From positions 288,001 through 352,000 of the forward strand of contig CAXXTB010000001.1 in NCBI GenBank assembly GCA_963676795.2: 64,000 nt of DNA. Reading direction: 5' to 3'. The DNA comes from Geopsychrobacteraceae bacterium (GTDB taxonomy: Bacteria > Desulfobacterota > Desulfuromonadia > Desulfuromonadales > Geopsychrobacteraceae). Shown piece by piece: positions 27,553-37,705 of this stretch. The position numbers were made by a program, and so were the translations under genes. The notes under the pieces are model-generated. The model made no database searches and was not told the DNA's origin. It worked only from the letters and a program-made list of their open reading frames with translations. Position 1 is the stretch's first letter, and every line of letters begins with the position of its first letter.

Positions 27553-29160
27553 CTAGAAGGTACCAAAAGTATAGCGTTTTTTCATCTTGTTCCGCAGGCG
27601 GATAGCCACGCTACTCATAATCAGAACAATCAGAACCAGCAAAAATGTTGTGACAAAGACCATCGGCTTGGCCGCTTCAACGTTTGGCGACTGGAATCCG
27701 ATGTCGTAGATATGAAAACCAAGATGCATGAACTTGCGATCGAGGTGAAAAAATGGAAAGTTGCCATCGATCGGCAGAGCCGGAGCCAGCTTGACGACAC
27801 CGGTGATCATCAGCGGAGCAACCTCACCGGCAGCCCGCGCCATAGCCAGGATCAGGCCGGTCAGTATCCCCGGTGAGGCCATCGGCAACAGGATCTTGAC
27901 CAGGGTCTGGAACTTGGTCGCGCCCAGGGCGTAGGAACCTTCACGCATCTCGCGGGGAATCGCGCCAAGTGCCTCTTCCGTCGAAACGATAACCACCGGC
28001 ACGGTCAGCAGCGCCAGGGTCAGGCTGGCCCAGAGCAGGCCGCCGGTCCCGAAGGTCGGGGTCGGCAAGCGCTCCGGGAAAAAGAGCGTGTCGATGGCAT
28101 GCCCGATACCGTAGACGAAGAAACCGAGCCCGAAAATCCCGTAAACGATCGACGGAATACCGGCCAGGTTGTTGACGGCAATCCGCACGATCCGCACCAG
28201 CGGACCATCCTTGGCATATTCGCGCAGGTAGATCGCCGCGATGACCCCGAGCGGAAAGCTGAAGATACTCATGACGAAGATCAGCATAACGGTCCCGAAG
28301 ATGGCCGGGAAGAGTCCCCCTTCGGTATTCGATTCGCGCGGCTGACCGCTGACCAGTTCGACGATCTTGTGGCCGTAGAAAAACAGTTTCTCTCCCCTAG
28401 ACATCTGGTTCGGGGCGTAGGCCTGAACGATATCTGCCAGAACGATATCCTTCTGTTTGCCGTTGGCATCGGCGAACAGGACCTTGGCTTCACGGATCTT
28501 CTGGGTTCTGCTCGACTGAACAACGAGCAGTTCAGAAAACTCCTGCTGCATCGCAGAACGTTCCTGAAGTATCTCGGCCCGCCTGGAATCGCTCTCGGAC
28601 AATCCCTTGTAGGCATATTTGAGATCCTTGAGACGCAGCTGCTCCATCTCATAGGCCAGGTCTTTGAGCTTGTCATCCAATTCCGACAGACCATCGAGTT
28701 CATGGCTGACGATCTCGAGAGCTCTATTCAAACCGTCCAGGTCAGTCGCAAAGCTCTTCCCTTCGACCTTGTCGATGGACTGGATCGTCCCGTAAAAATC
28801 ACCGTATTCCTGGCGCTCCAGCGAGATAATTTCATCAGGATAAGAGACCGAGCTGATCTGAGACTCTTCGATCCAGCGGAAATCGAGTCCGTACAGATCG
28901 CGGTTGGCGATTTTGTACTGACGGCGCAGACCTGTCTCATGATGGTTGGTTTCAGTCTGAATCAGCTGACCATAGAGACGCTGACCATCCTTGAGCTCAA
29001 CAAGTTCAAGTTGAGAAGGCCAGAAGACTCCCAGGCCGTTGGTGATGATAACAATCAGCAGAACCACCGCACAGAGCAGGGTTATGGAAAGGGCCGCAGA
29101 GGACAGCCAGACCATAGGTTCGCCGATACTCCAGAATTTGGAGGGTGTTTTTTTACTCAT
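27553..29160 (-). CDS. pstA: Phosphate ABC permease PstA (long form with periplasmic coiled coil)
   Basis: [30 protein letters not shown]. Confidence 0.93.
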   Translation of the reverse strand: MSKKTPSKFWSIGEPMVWLSSAALSITLLCAVVLLIVIITNGLGVFWPSQLELVELKDGQRLYGQLIQTETNHHETGLRRQYKIANRDLYGLDFRWIEESQISSVSYPDEIISLERQEYGDFYGTIQSIDKVEGKSFATDLDGLNRALEIVSHELDGLSELDDKLKDLAYEMEQLRLKDLKYAYKGLSESDSRRAEILQERSAMQQEFSELLVVQSSRTQKIREAKVLFADANGKQKDIVLADIVQAYAPNQMSRGEKLFFYGHKIVELVSGQPRESNTEGGLFPAIFGTVMLIFVMSIFSFPLGVIAAIYLREYAKDGPLVRIVRIAVNNLAGIPSIVYGIFGLGFFVYGIGHAIDTLFFPERLPTPTFGTGGLLWASLTLALLTVPVVIVSTEEALGAIPREMREGSYALGATKFQTLVKILLPMASPGILTGLILAMARAAGEVAPLMITGVVKLAPALPIDGNFPFFHLDRKFMHLGFHIYDIGFQSPNVEAAKPMVFVTTFLLVLIVLIMSSVAIRLRNKMKKRYTFGTF

Positions 29161-29173
29161 TCTTGCAGCCTCC

Positions 29174-31393
29174 CTAGAAGCGACCGTACTTGGCCCGCAG
29201 GCGCTGACGGACAATCTCGGCGACGGTGTTGACAATAAAGGTCATGACAAAGAGGATAACGGCCGACAGGAACAGCGTCCGGTAGAGTGAACCATCAACC
29301 GGCGCTTCCGGAATCTCGACGGCGATATTGGCCGACAGCGGCCTCATGCCGTTGAAGATGCTCAAGTCCATGATGGCGGTATTTCCTGTCGCCATCAGCA
29401 CGATCATCGTCTCACCGACGGCACGGCCGAAGCCGATCATGGTGCCGGCAAAGATCCCCGGACTGGCGGAAGGCAGGATAACCCGCCAGACCGTCTGCCA
29501 GCGGCTGGCCCCCAGGGCCAGAGACGCGGCTTTAAGGCTCGGCGGCACGTTGGACAGGGCATCTTCGGCAATGGTGAAGATAATCGGAATGACCGCGAAG
29601 CCCATGGCAAAGGCGATGATGATACAGTTACGCGGATCGTAACGGGTTCCCAGTTCACTGAACAGCCACTGCTTCAGGTCACCGCCGAACAGCCAGTTTT
29701 CCATCCCCATGCCCAGCCCCGCGGCAATGGCGACGGCCAGGATGATCACCGGTGTTACCGCGATAAATTCGTAGCCACGTTCAACCCGTTTCAGGCATTC
29801 GACCTGGCGGGCCGCCTGCCAGATGGCCAGAGCGATCATCAGGGCGCCCGGAATCAGGACCAGACTCAGGAATAACGAACCCAGCGAGGCCTCGATCAAC
29901 GGGGCCAGCCACAATGCGGCAAGGAAACCGATGATAACGGTTGGAACCGCCGCCATGACTTCAACCGCCGGCTTGATGATCCCTTTGAACTTCGGCCGGG
30001 CGAACTGACTGGTGTAGATTGCACCGAATATCGCCAGCGGCAGTGCGAACAGCATGGCATAAAAGGTCCCTTTCAGGGTGCCGAAAATCAGTGGCGTCAG
30101 ACTCAGCTTCGGCTCGTAATCATCGGAACCGGACGAGGACTGCCAGACATATTCCGGCTGCTGATAGCCTTCATACCAGACCTTGCCGAACAGGGTTTTC
30201 AGGCTGATTTCCGGGTGCGGCACATCAAGCGACCAGGTGATGAAGCTGCCGCTGTCGGTCATGGCCATGATGGCGTTGCTCCGGGTTGTCAACGCGACAT
30301 TGGTGATCTGTTCGCTGAAATCGAGATCCGCCAGGACCCGTTCACTGGTCATATGGCTCATCTTGATGCCGTCAGCGGCCAGACTGATCACCGACTTGTC
30401 GGTCATTGTGGTGATGATCTTCTCAACCGCCCCCTTATGGCGGTGCAGATCGTGAATATGGGTGAGAACCCAGCCTCTGTCCTCGTCACGGACCGGAAAC
30501 CAGGTTGTCAGGTAACCTTTGTCATCGCCAACAGCCACCGACACATCGCCGAACACCATGCGCAATGCGGTTATGGTCCGCTGATCACTGTAGGCTTGAG
30601 TCTTTTCGACCAGGACAGGATCTTCGATATCGCTCAGATCCCAGCGCAGCAGCTCTCCTCTGTCGGTTCCGGCAAACAGGCGCTCGCCGCGAGAGGTCAG
30701 GGTCATGGCTGTGATAGCACCAACGGCTCCGCTATCGAGGAAGGTCGTCTCTTCGACGATTTCCTTATCGCCCAGGAAGGATTCGTGTTCCTCGACAACC
30801 TGGAGACGAAGACGACCAGTGTCCATCAGATCGACACGCACTTTCCTGTCATCCGTTACGCGTGCAGTGGTCTTCACTGCTGTCCCGTTTTGCGGTGCTG
30901 CAAAGGTTGCAAGTTCGTTGATACTGTGACGGATGGTTCGCTTGTTATCGTCGTTTTCATCATAAAATGGAAAAAATCTGATCTGCTGAACCGTAACGGT
31001 CCCGTCGTTCCAGACCAGAACCTGGTTCTGACGCCCGTATGTTTCGACCTGTTTGAGTTGCAACGGACTATCGACAGGAACCAACCGCTGCTGATCCTGA
31101 GCAGTACCATCGCTCAGATTGAAAAACCGGACCAGGCCATCCTGTTCGACGACGTAGCCGGTTTCTTTGTATTCATCCGCTCCAAGACTGACGATCTTCT
31201 CTCCGGCCTCGTTACCGGCCTTCATCACATTGAGTAATTCGATATCGGAAGAGCCGAACAGCGGCAGGGATACCTTGGCGATCAGAATCAGGATGAAGAT
31301 AACGCAGATAATAATTGCCATACCGCCGACGGTAATAACCCATCTGGCAATTTTATCGTTGCGTTTGACCTTCTTCAGAAAGGCTGGATTCAT
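29174..31393 (-). CDS. pstC: Phosphate ABC permease PstC (long form with beta-propeller-like periplasmic domain)
   Basis: WQSS, KPAVEVMAAVPTV, GRAVGETMIVLMATGN (alternative start 31405). Confidence 0.92.
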   Translation of the reverse strand: MNPAFLKKVKRNDKIARWVITVGGMAIIICVIFILILIAKVSLPLFGSSDIELLNVMKAGNEAGEKIVSLGADEYKETGYVVEQDGLVRFFNLSDGTAQDQQRLVPVDSPLQLKQVETYGRQNQVLVWNDGTVTVQQIRFFPFYDENDDNKRTIRHSINELATFAAPQNGTAVKTTARVTDDRKVRVDLMDTGRLRLQVVEEHESFLGDKEIVEETTFLDSGAVGAITAMTLTSRGERLFAGTDRGELLRWDLSDIEDPVLVEKTQAYSDQRTITALRMVFGDVSVAVGDDKGYLTTWFPVRDEDRGWVLTHIHDLHRHKGAVEKIITTMTDKSVISLAADGIKMSHMTSERVLADLDFSEQITNVALTTRSNAIMAMTDSGSFITWSLDVPHPEISLKTLFGKVWYEGYQQPEYVWQSSSGSDDYEPKLSLTPLIFGTLKGTFYAMLFALPLAIFGAIYTSQFARPKFKGIIKPAVEVMAAVPTVIIGFLAALWLAPLIEASLGSLFLSLVLIPGALMIALAIWQAARQVECLKRVERGYEFIAVTPVIILAVAIAAGLGMGMENWLFGGDLKQWLFSELGTRYDPRNCIIIAFAMGFAVIPIIFTIAEDALSNVPPSLKAASLALGASRWQTVWRVILPSASPGIFAGTMIGFGRAVGETMIVLMATGNTAIMDLSIFNGMRPLSANIAVEIPEAPVDGSLYRTLFLSAVILFVMTFIVNTVAEIVRQRLRAKYGRF

Positions 31394-31423
31394 AGATTTT
31401 CCCATACTCCAAGAGACACAAAC

Positions 31424-31451
31424 GAGCCCTGACCCGTGAGGGGCAGGGCTC
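31424..31451 (-). terminator. Intercistronic hairpin after pstS
   Basis: gagccctg...cagggctc stem; may stabilise pstS mRNA or partly terminate. Confidence 0.55.
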
Positions 31452-31492
31452 ATTTGTTGTGTAGTGCTTTTTAAAGCGTCACCGGCAGCAGA

Positions 31493-32473
31493 TTAGTCGA
31501 GCAGAGCCAGCTGTTTTTTGGCGACTGCTGCAGGCAGCGGCAGGAAACCGTCCTTGACGACAACTTCCTGGCCTTCTTTGGACAGAACGTACTTGATGAA
31601 TTCCTTGACCAGAGCTGGCATCGGCTTGTTCGGCTCCTTGGCGACATAGACGTAGAGCATCCGGCCGAGTGGATAGTTGCCGCTCAGAACGTTGTCGTAG
31701 TTGGCGGCGTAAGCGGTCTCACCGTCCTTAGCGGACAGGGCCAGGGCTTTGACGCCGGAGGTGATGTAGCCCATGCCGGAATAACCGATGCCAGCCTTGT
31801 CTTCGGTGACACCGAGAACAACAGAGGCGTTACCTGGCTGCTCTTTGACGGTATCCTTGAAATCGCCTTTTTTCAGGCTGTGCTCCTTGAAGAAACCGTA
31901 GGTCCCGGACGCGGAGTTACGACCGTAAAGGCTCAGTGGCTTGTTGGACCACTCACCAGTCAGGCCGAGGTCACCCCAGACAACTGCATCACTGCCGCCG
32001 CGCTTGAGGGTCTTGGAGAAGACGGAGTCAACCTGGGTCATCGACATTTCACTGACCGGGTTGTCCTTGTTGACGAAAACGGCCAGGGCGTCGAGAGCGA
32101 CACCGATCTGCGTCGGCTTGTAACCGAACTTGGTTTCGAAAGCCTGAATTTCCTTGTCCTTCATGGCACGGGACATCGGACCGAGCTGGCTGGTGCCTTC
32201 GATCAGTGCCGGAGGAGCAGTACTGGAGCCCTTGCCTTCGATCTGAATGTTGACGTTCGGGTACTTCTTGCGGAACCCTTCAGCCCAGAAGGTCATCATG
32301 TTGTTCAGGGTATCGGAACCGACGCTGTTCAGGTTGCCGGCTACACCTTGAACCTTGACGTAATCGCTGAGGTTGACATCAACTGCGATCGGAGCAGCGA
32401 AAACGGAACCGGCGGAAACCGTGAGCAGGACCAGGGCAGCAGACAACCCTTTGAGGAAGTTGCGTTTTTTCAT
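31493..32473 (-). CDS. pstS: Phosphate-binding protein
   Basis: Signal peptide; GSDT, GKGSST, GRNSASGTY. Confidence 0.96.
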   Translation of the reverse strand: MKKRNFLKGLSAALVLLTVSAGSVFAAPIAVDVNLSDYVKVQGVAGNLNSVGSDTLNNMMTFWAEGFRKKYPNVNIQIEGKGSSTAPPALIEGTSQLGPMSRAMKDKEIQAFETKFGYKPTQIGVALDALAVFVNKDNPVSEMSMTQVDSVFSKTLKRGGSDAVVWGDLGLTGEWSNKPLSLYGRNSASGTYGFFKEHSLKKGDFKDTVKEQPGNASVVLGVTEDKAGIGYSGMGYITSGVKALALSAKDGETAYAANYDNVLSGNYPLGRMLYVYVAKEPNKPMPALVKEFIKYVLSKEGQEVVVKDGFLPLPAAVAKKQLALLD

Positions 32474-32541
32474 TGTTGATCATCTCCTTAATCAATGTGT
32501 ATTTGAGTCGTTTTTTGACTCTGCGGAGGATGCTCACATAA

Positions 32542-32569
32542 TGTTAGCGATATGTTAGCGTCGTGTGAG
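32542..32569 (-). promoter_or_regulatory. Putative Pho box upstream of pstS
   Basis: Sense strand CTCACA-N5-CTAACA-N5-CTAACA (11-bp period). Confidence 0.72.
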
Positions 32570-32719
32570 GAATTGGATAATTTGCTAATTTTTTTCAACT
32601 TTCTTTTCAAACTATCAGTTACTCAATCATATCAACTAGTTTGCTCTTTCGCATAAAAAACCGACGCAATATTGCATTGCGCCGGTCAGCAGTTTAGAGC
32701 CTGATTGTAGTCAAGGCCA

Positions 32720-34558
32720 TCAGGCAACGCATGGCAGGTGTGAGGAGGGGTAACATTCCAGGTTGCCCTGAAATTCCTGATAATATTTCAAGCCGTCGCG
32801 CCCCATGTAACGCTGCAGTTGACGATTGTCGGCCTCGAGCATGTCGACCAGCAGCAGACCATCGATCACGTCGCTGAAATCGGGGTCGAGATTGAAGGCG
32901 AGCAGCTTGCCGCCCAGGTTGAGATAGTGGCGCAGCAACACCGGGATTCCCTTGTTGTCCGGCTCCAGATCGGCAATCAGATCCGAGAGCTGGTCGATAT
33001 CACGCATCAGCAGATCCTTCCGGGTCTGACTGATTCCGGAAATCCTGACCGGCTTCATAGTCACCGGGATGCGCGGTTTAACCAGATGAGACAGTTCCTT
33101 GATCTGAAAATTCTTCAGCAGGCCACTGGTCAGCAGCTCTCGCGAACTGCGCCGATAATCGTTGGAGATACTGACCGGTCCGAACAGATAACGGTACTGC
33201 GGATGAGCCAGGATAAAGTGACCGATCCCCTTCCAGAGCAGCAGCAAGGGTGCGTAGGACCGCTGATATTCGCTGCGCACAAAAGAGCGGCCCATCTCCA
33301 GAGAGTTGGACATATTTCTGAATAGCTGCGGATTGTATTCAAAGAGAGTCGAGGAATAGAGACCGGCAATCCCCTTTTTCTCCAACAGCTTGTCGACCAG
33401 CCCGATGCGGTAGGCGCCAGCCAATCTCTGATGTTCATGATCCCAGAGCATCAGGTGCAGATAATCCTGGTCAAAGTGATCGAGGTCACGGCTCTTACCG
33501 GTTCCCTCGCCGACCAGGCGGAAGGTCTGTTCGCGCAGACGGCCGATTTCATTGAGCAGGTTAGGGATCTGCTCGGCCCTGGCGTAATAGACGCTGAACT
33601 CGTTGCTGGTCACCAGCTTTTGCGCCTGAGGAAGCTGATCCAGGTCGCTCAGCTGATCGGCAACGGCAATTTCTGCGGCCAGTTCTTCCTGGAGGGCATT
33701 GACCGGCAGCTGCTTTTTGAAGGCCTTCTTGAACGGTTGTTTTTCCCGCACGCCAAGTGCATAGGTACGCATGCGCAGCAGCTCAAGCATATCGTGATCT
33801 TCCATGGTCAGCAGTTTTTTAGCCTGGATCAACTGACCAACCCGCGGGCGCAGAATACGACCGCGCTGTTTGAGCATCATGCGCGGCAGCAGCAGGGTTC
33901 TCAGCCGTGGATGAAACTTGCCGGCCAGGTGAAACAGGCAGCCGTTGTCACCCGGAAAAAAGACCGGAACGACATTGGCCTTGCTCATCCTGATCAGACG
34001 CGGCAAGGTCGTACTCCAGGCCGGATCGACAACAACCGGTGCCATCTTCTGCCAGGTTGAAACCTCGCCACCGGGGAACATGATCAGCAATTCGCCCTGA
34101 CGCAGCGCCTTCAATGCAGCACGCATTGGCGACACGTTATTTTTGGCAGCATCCTTACCGCCGAAAGGATCGACCTGGATCAGTTTTTCCCGCAGCTGCG
34201 GGATACGCGCCAGTAGGCCATTCCCCATCACCTTGAAATCGCTGCGAATCCGGCTGATCATATTGATCAGTACAACACCATCGATACCACCGTATGGATG
34301 GTTGGCAACGAGGATACAGGCCCCCGTTGCCGGGACCTTTTCCAGTTCCTGCTCGGCCACCTGATATTCAACACCAAGGGTGCTGAGCACCTCGCCACTG
34401 AACTGTTCGAGTGAATCACCTGCATTGAGTGTCGTATAGAGCTGCTGACAGCGCTTAAGACCTGAAACCCATTCCAGGGTCTGAACCAGTGGATTATTGA
34501 AACCTTTTTCTGTTATGAGAAAGGGCGTCTCGATTGGACAGCGTTCGACTTGAGCCAT
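32720..34558 (-). CDS. Bifunctional acyltransferase (PlsC-type plus GNAT), OlsF-like ornithine-lipid synthase
   Basis: ANHPYGGID (HX4D), FPGGEV; EIGRLREQTFR..GEG, D.FD, GAYR, EMGRSFV, LLWKGI. Confidence 0.85.
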   Translation of the reverse strand: MAQVERCPIETPFLITEKGFNNPLVQTLEWVSGLKRCQQLYTTLNAGDSLEQFSGEVLSTLGVEYQVAEQELEKVPATGACILVANHPYGGIDGVVLINMISRIRSDFKVMGNGLLARIPQLREKLIQVDPFGGKDAAKNNVSPMRAALKALRQGELLIMFPGGEVSTWQKMAPVVVDPAWSTTLPRLIRMSKANVVPVFFPGDNGCLFHLAGKFHPRLRTLLLPRMMLKQRGRILRPRVGQLIQAKKLLTMEDHDMLELLRMRTYALGVREKQPFKKAFKKQLPVNALQEELAAEIAVADQLSDLDQLPQAQKLVTSNEFSVYYARAEQIPNLLNEIGRLREQTFRLVGEGTGKSRDLDHFDQDYLHLMLWDHEHQRLAGAYRIGLVDKLLEKKGIAGLYSSTLFEYNPQLFRNMSNSLEMGRSFVRSEYQRSYAPLLLLWKGIGHFILAHPQYRYLFGPVSISNDYRRSSRELLTSGLLKNFQIKELSHLVKPRIPVTMKPVRISGISQTRKDLLMRDIDQLSDLIADLEPDNKGIPVLLRHYLNLGGKLLAFNLDPDFSDVIDGLLLVDMLEADNRQLQRYMGRDGLKYYQEFQGNLECYPSSHLPCVA

Positions 34559-34601
34559 CTCATTCTCCTTCGAAAATTTTGGCCGCATAAAGCCCGAAAA
34601 C

Positions 34602-34710
34602 TGTTCGAAACAGATTGAGAGACTGTGAGTTTTTTGTAAAAAACGACAAAAACTTTCAAGTTTTTACCCACCTAACAAAATATCAACCTTCCACTCACCA
34701 ATTCGTAACC
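34602..34710. promoter_or_regulatory. Divergent promoter with two Pho-box-like arrays
   Basis: Minus: TTTACA-N5-CTCACA (34640-34624); plus: CTAACA-N5-TCAACC-N5-CTCACC-N5-GTAACC (34672-34710). Confidence 0.6.
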
Positions 34711-34760
34711 TTTTCCTGATAGCTCCAACAAATAATTATCATTCTCAGATTGGGAGAGCC

Positions 34761-35210
34761 ATGCTGCCAGTTGAAGCAAACACCGGGGGGAACGTCTCTT
34801 GCGGGACGGAACGCTTGATAGGCAAAGATGATGGAATCCGCAAAGTCCTGCTTGTTGAAGATGAAGAAGCTCTTGCCGAGATTCTCAGTTTCAACCTGAA
34901 CAAGCATGGCTTCCAGGTCTTTACGGCCGCTGACGGACTTGAGGCCTGCCGGATCATCGGCCGTGAGCAGCCGGATCTGATTCTGCTCGATATCCTGATG
35001 CCCCTGCTGAACGGTCTCGAGGTCTGCCGTATGGTACGCCAACATGAAGACAGAACCATCTCACGCACGCCGATCATCATCATGAGTGCCTTAAGCAGTG
35101 CTAAGGACAAGCTCAAAGGTGCCGATCTGGGAGCGGATATGTACCTGCCCAAACCCTACGACATCAAGCAGGTCATCGAAAACTGCCGCAGATTGCTGAA
35201 CATTCACTGA
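34761..35210 (+). CDS. Stand-alone receiver-domain response regulator
   Basis: VEDEE, LLDILMP, GADMYLPKP; no output domain. Confidence 0.88.
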   Translation: MLPVEANTGGNVSCGTERLIGKDDGIRKVLLVEDEEALAEILSFNLNKHGFQVFTAADGLEACRIIGREQPDLILLDILMPLLNGLEVCRMVRQHEDRTISRTPIIIMSALSSAKDKLKGADLGADMYLPKPYDIKQVIENCRRLLNIH

Positions 35211-35397
35211 TCTGCATATGCACTCACAGTCAACCGGTCCAGCGAATCCCCCTTCTGCCTGTCCGGGTCAGAGCGTTTTTTTTTTATGAGTGGGAGTTCT
35301 AAGCTTCGGTTTCCAGCCTAACCTATTCAAAAGCTCATAACCCGCTAAAAAAGTAAGGGCTTAACCGCGCCAATATCTTTTCAAAAAGGGATTCAAC

Positions 35398-37587
35398 ATG
35401 AACGTTAGCAGAAAATTAACAGCGATTTTTCTCATACTTATTTGCCTGACCCTGTTGATGAGCGCCTATTCAATCCATAGCACCCGGACAATCAGCCAGG
35501 CCCATGATGAAACCTTCGCGTCACTGCAGGCTGCGAGTCAGACAACAGCTGAATCGAAAAGCATCAGCCAGTCTCTTTCTCTGCTGCGTGAAGTTCGAGG
35601 GCGGCTGGCGACTGCCATGGGGGAGATGCACGGGCGGATGCTGCAGAACGACCAGGCGATCAACGCCATGAACGACAGGGTCATGAGCCAATTCTTCAGC
35701 GCCGATCAGCTGGCGAATTACGCGACGATACTTGGCAAGGATGCCACATGGACCGAGAGTATCGTCAGCGATTTCAATCAGGTAAAAACCCTGTCAACAG
35801 CTGTTGATGAGGCCTGGCAACCAAGCCATGTCGGGCTCTATCAGGAACTGAGCGAACTGAAAAGAACCATCCTTTACTGGACTCTGAAGGTGACAAACAT
35901 GCTGTTCGTCCAGAGTTCAATCGATGAGCTTCTTTATGAAGATATCGCTGACTCCCCGGTTGAACAGTTCAGACAGGGGAAAACCTATCAGCGCTACGCA
36001 GACGGTTTTCCCGCCCTGAAAGAGGCGATGGATAAAGTCTCAGCCAGCAACGAGGAGCTGATGGGGAAAGCCAACGAACTCGACATGCTGATCTTTTTCA
36101 GTAAATGGGACGAAGCACGTAAGTTTTTCCGCGACAACTTCCCGATGGCCGTCAAGGGTATGATGGTCGACCTGGACATGGTCATTATGTTGGAAGACAG
36201 GCTGCTCAAGGCTCAGGAACAGGCCAGGGCAGAGCTGGATGATCAGCTGCTTCCCAAGGTGAATCAGCTGCAGGCCAAGCTGCAAACCATTGAAGATGAA
36301 TTGACAGAAATCAAATTATCCTCTGACCAGGCCGTGGTGACGGCTGCGTCGCAGGTTATCAGCCTGAATGAAGCAATTCAGGAAAAAATTACCGCAATCA
36401 GTCGTTCCAGTCTCATATTTGCCGGGCTGATCATTGGCATCGGGGTACTGGCCTGCGTTCTCGGAACCCGAATGATTACGGTGCCATTGAAAAAAGTCAT
36501 CCATATGCTGCAGCGCCTGGAAGACGGGGATCTCGATTATCGCCTTGAGTTGCGTCAGAAGGATGAGTTCGGCCAGCTGGCCAAGACTCTCGATGCCTTT
36601 GCCGACACCCTGAAGAATGAAATCCTCAACGCCTTCAACAGATTGGCAGTTGGCGACCTGACGGTCAGTGCCGAAGGGGTGATCAAGGAACCTTTGAAGG
36701 CAACCAATAACGCTCTGAATGATGTCATGTTGCGAATTCAGGGGGCCGCTGAGCAGATCAGCGGCGGCAGCCGCCAGATGAGTGAATCCTCCGCCAGCCT
36801 GGCAGCGGGTGCGACGGAAGCCTCATCCTCCCTGGAGCAGATCAGTCAGCTGATGAATCTTATGCTCAACAGTTCCGCTGATACGGCAAGAAATGCCGAT
36901 CGTACCGACATGCTGGCAAAAGAAGCCACCGATGCGGCCCGGGCCGGGCACCGCCAGGTCGGCGACATGCAGAATGCCATGCAGGAGATCAGCCGGGCCG
37001 GAGAAAGCATCAGGAAGATCATCAGCGTTATTGATGAAATCGCCTTTCAGACCAATCTGCTGGCGCTGAATGCAGCGGTTGAAGCTGCTCGCGCCGGACA
37101 GCATGGCAAAGGCTTTGCCGTCGTTGCCGAAGAGGTCCGCAACCTGGCCGCCCGCAGCTCCAAAGCCGCACAGGAAACTTCTGAACTGATCCAGGCCTCA
37201 CTCAAGAAGGTCGCCAACGGTTCCAAGATCGCCGAGGAAACATCGGCCGCTCTTGAAGACATCGTAACCTCCAATTCCCGGGTCTCGGACCTGATCGCTG
37301 AAATCGCCTCGGCCAGCAACAGGCAGGCGTCAGGGGTTTCCGATGTCAATGAACGGCTCGAGGAGATTGAAAGAGTGATTTCACAAAGCATGGCGATTTC
37401 CGAGGAGAGCGCCTCCGTCGGCCAGATTCTGTCTTCCCAGGCTCTTCTGCTGCAGGATCTGCTGTCCGGTTTCACCCTGATTGATCTCCAGGATCCTTCT
37501 TATCAGCAACAGATCCCCTACATCGAGAGTAATGATGCTCTGGCCGATTATCCTTCCGGATGTCATCTGAAGCTAGTTGCCAATTAG
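35398..37587 (+). CDS. Methyl-accepting chemotaxis protein
   Basis: 2 TM flanking a ~300-aa helical periplasmic domain, [24 protein letters not shown]. Confidence 0.95.
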   Translation: MNVSRKLTAIFLILICLTLLMSAYSIHSTRTISQAHDETFASLQAASQTTAESKSISQSLSLLREVRGRLATAMGEMHGRMLQNDQAINAMNDRVMSQFFSADQLANYATILGKDATWTESIVSDFNQVKTLSTAVDEAWQPSHVGLYQELSELKRTILYWTLKVTNMLFVQSSIDELLYEDIADSPVEQFRQGKTYQRYADGFPALKEAMDKVSASNEELMGKANELDMLIFFSKWDEARKFFRDNFPMAVKGMMVDLDMVIMLEDRLLKAQEQARAELDDQLLPKVNQLQAKLQTIEDELTEIKLSSDQAVVTAASQVISLNEAIQEKITAISRSSLIFAGLIIGIGVLACVLGTRMITVPLKKVIHMLQRLEDGDLDYRLELRQKDEFGQLAKTLDAFADTLKNEILNAFNRLAVGDLTVSAEGVIKEPLKATNNALNDVMLRIQGAAEQISGGSRQMSESSASLAAGATEASSSLEQISQLMNLMLNSSADTARNADRTDMLAKEATDAARAGHRQVGDMQNAMQEISRAGESIRKIISVIDEIAFQTNLLALNAAVEAARAGQHGKGFAVVAEEVRNLAARSSKAAQETSELIQASLKKVANGSKIAEETSAALEDIVTSNSRVSDLIAEIASASNRQASGVSDVNERLEEIERVISQSMAISEESASVGQILSSQALLLQDLLSGFTLIDLQDPSYQQQIPYIESNDALADYPSGCHLKLVAN

Positions 37588-37705
37588 TTGCGCCGAATCA
37601 CACAAAGCTAACCGCACTTGAATATTCCGGAAACAAATACAGCATATTCCTCACACTTTAACCTGCGGGCTCTGTATGGCCCGACTTACCTGGAGGAATA
37701 GATTC

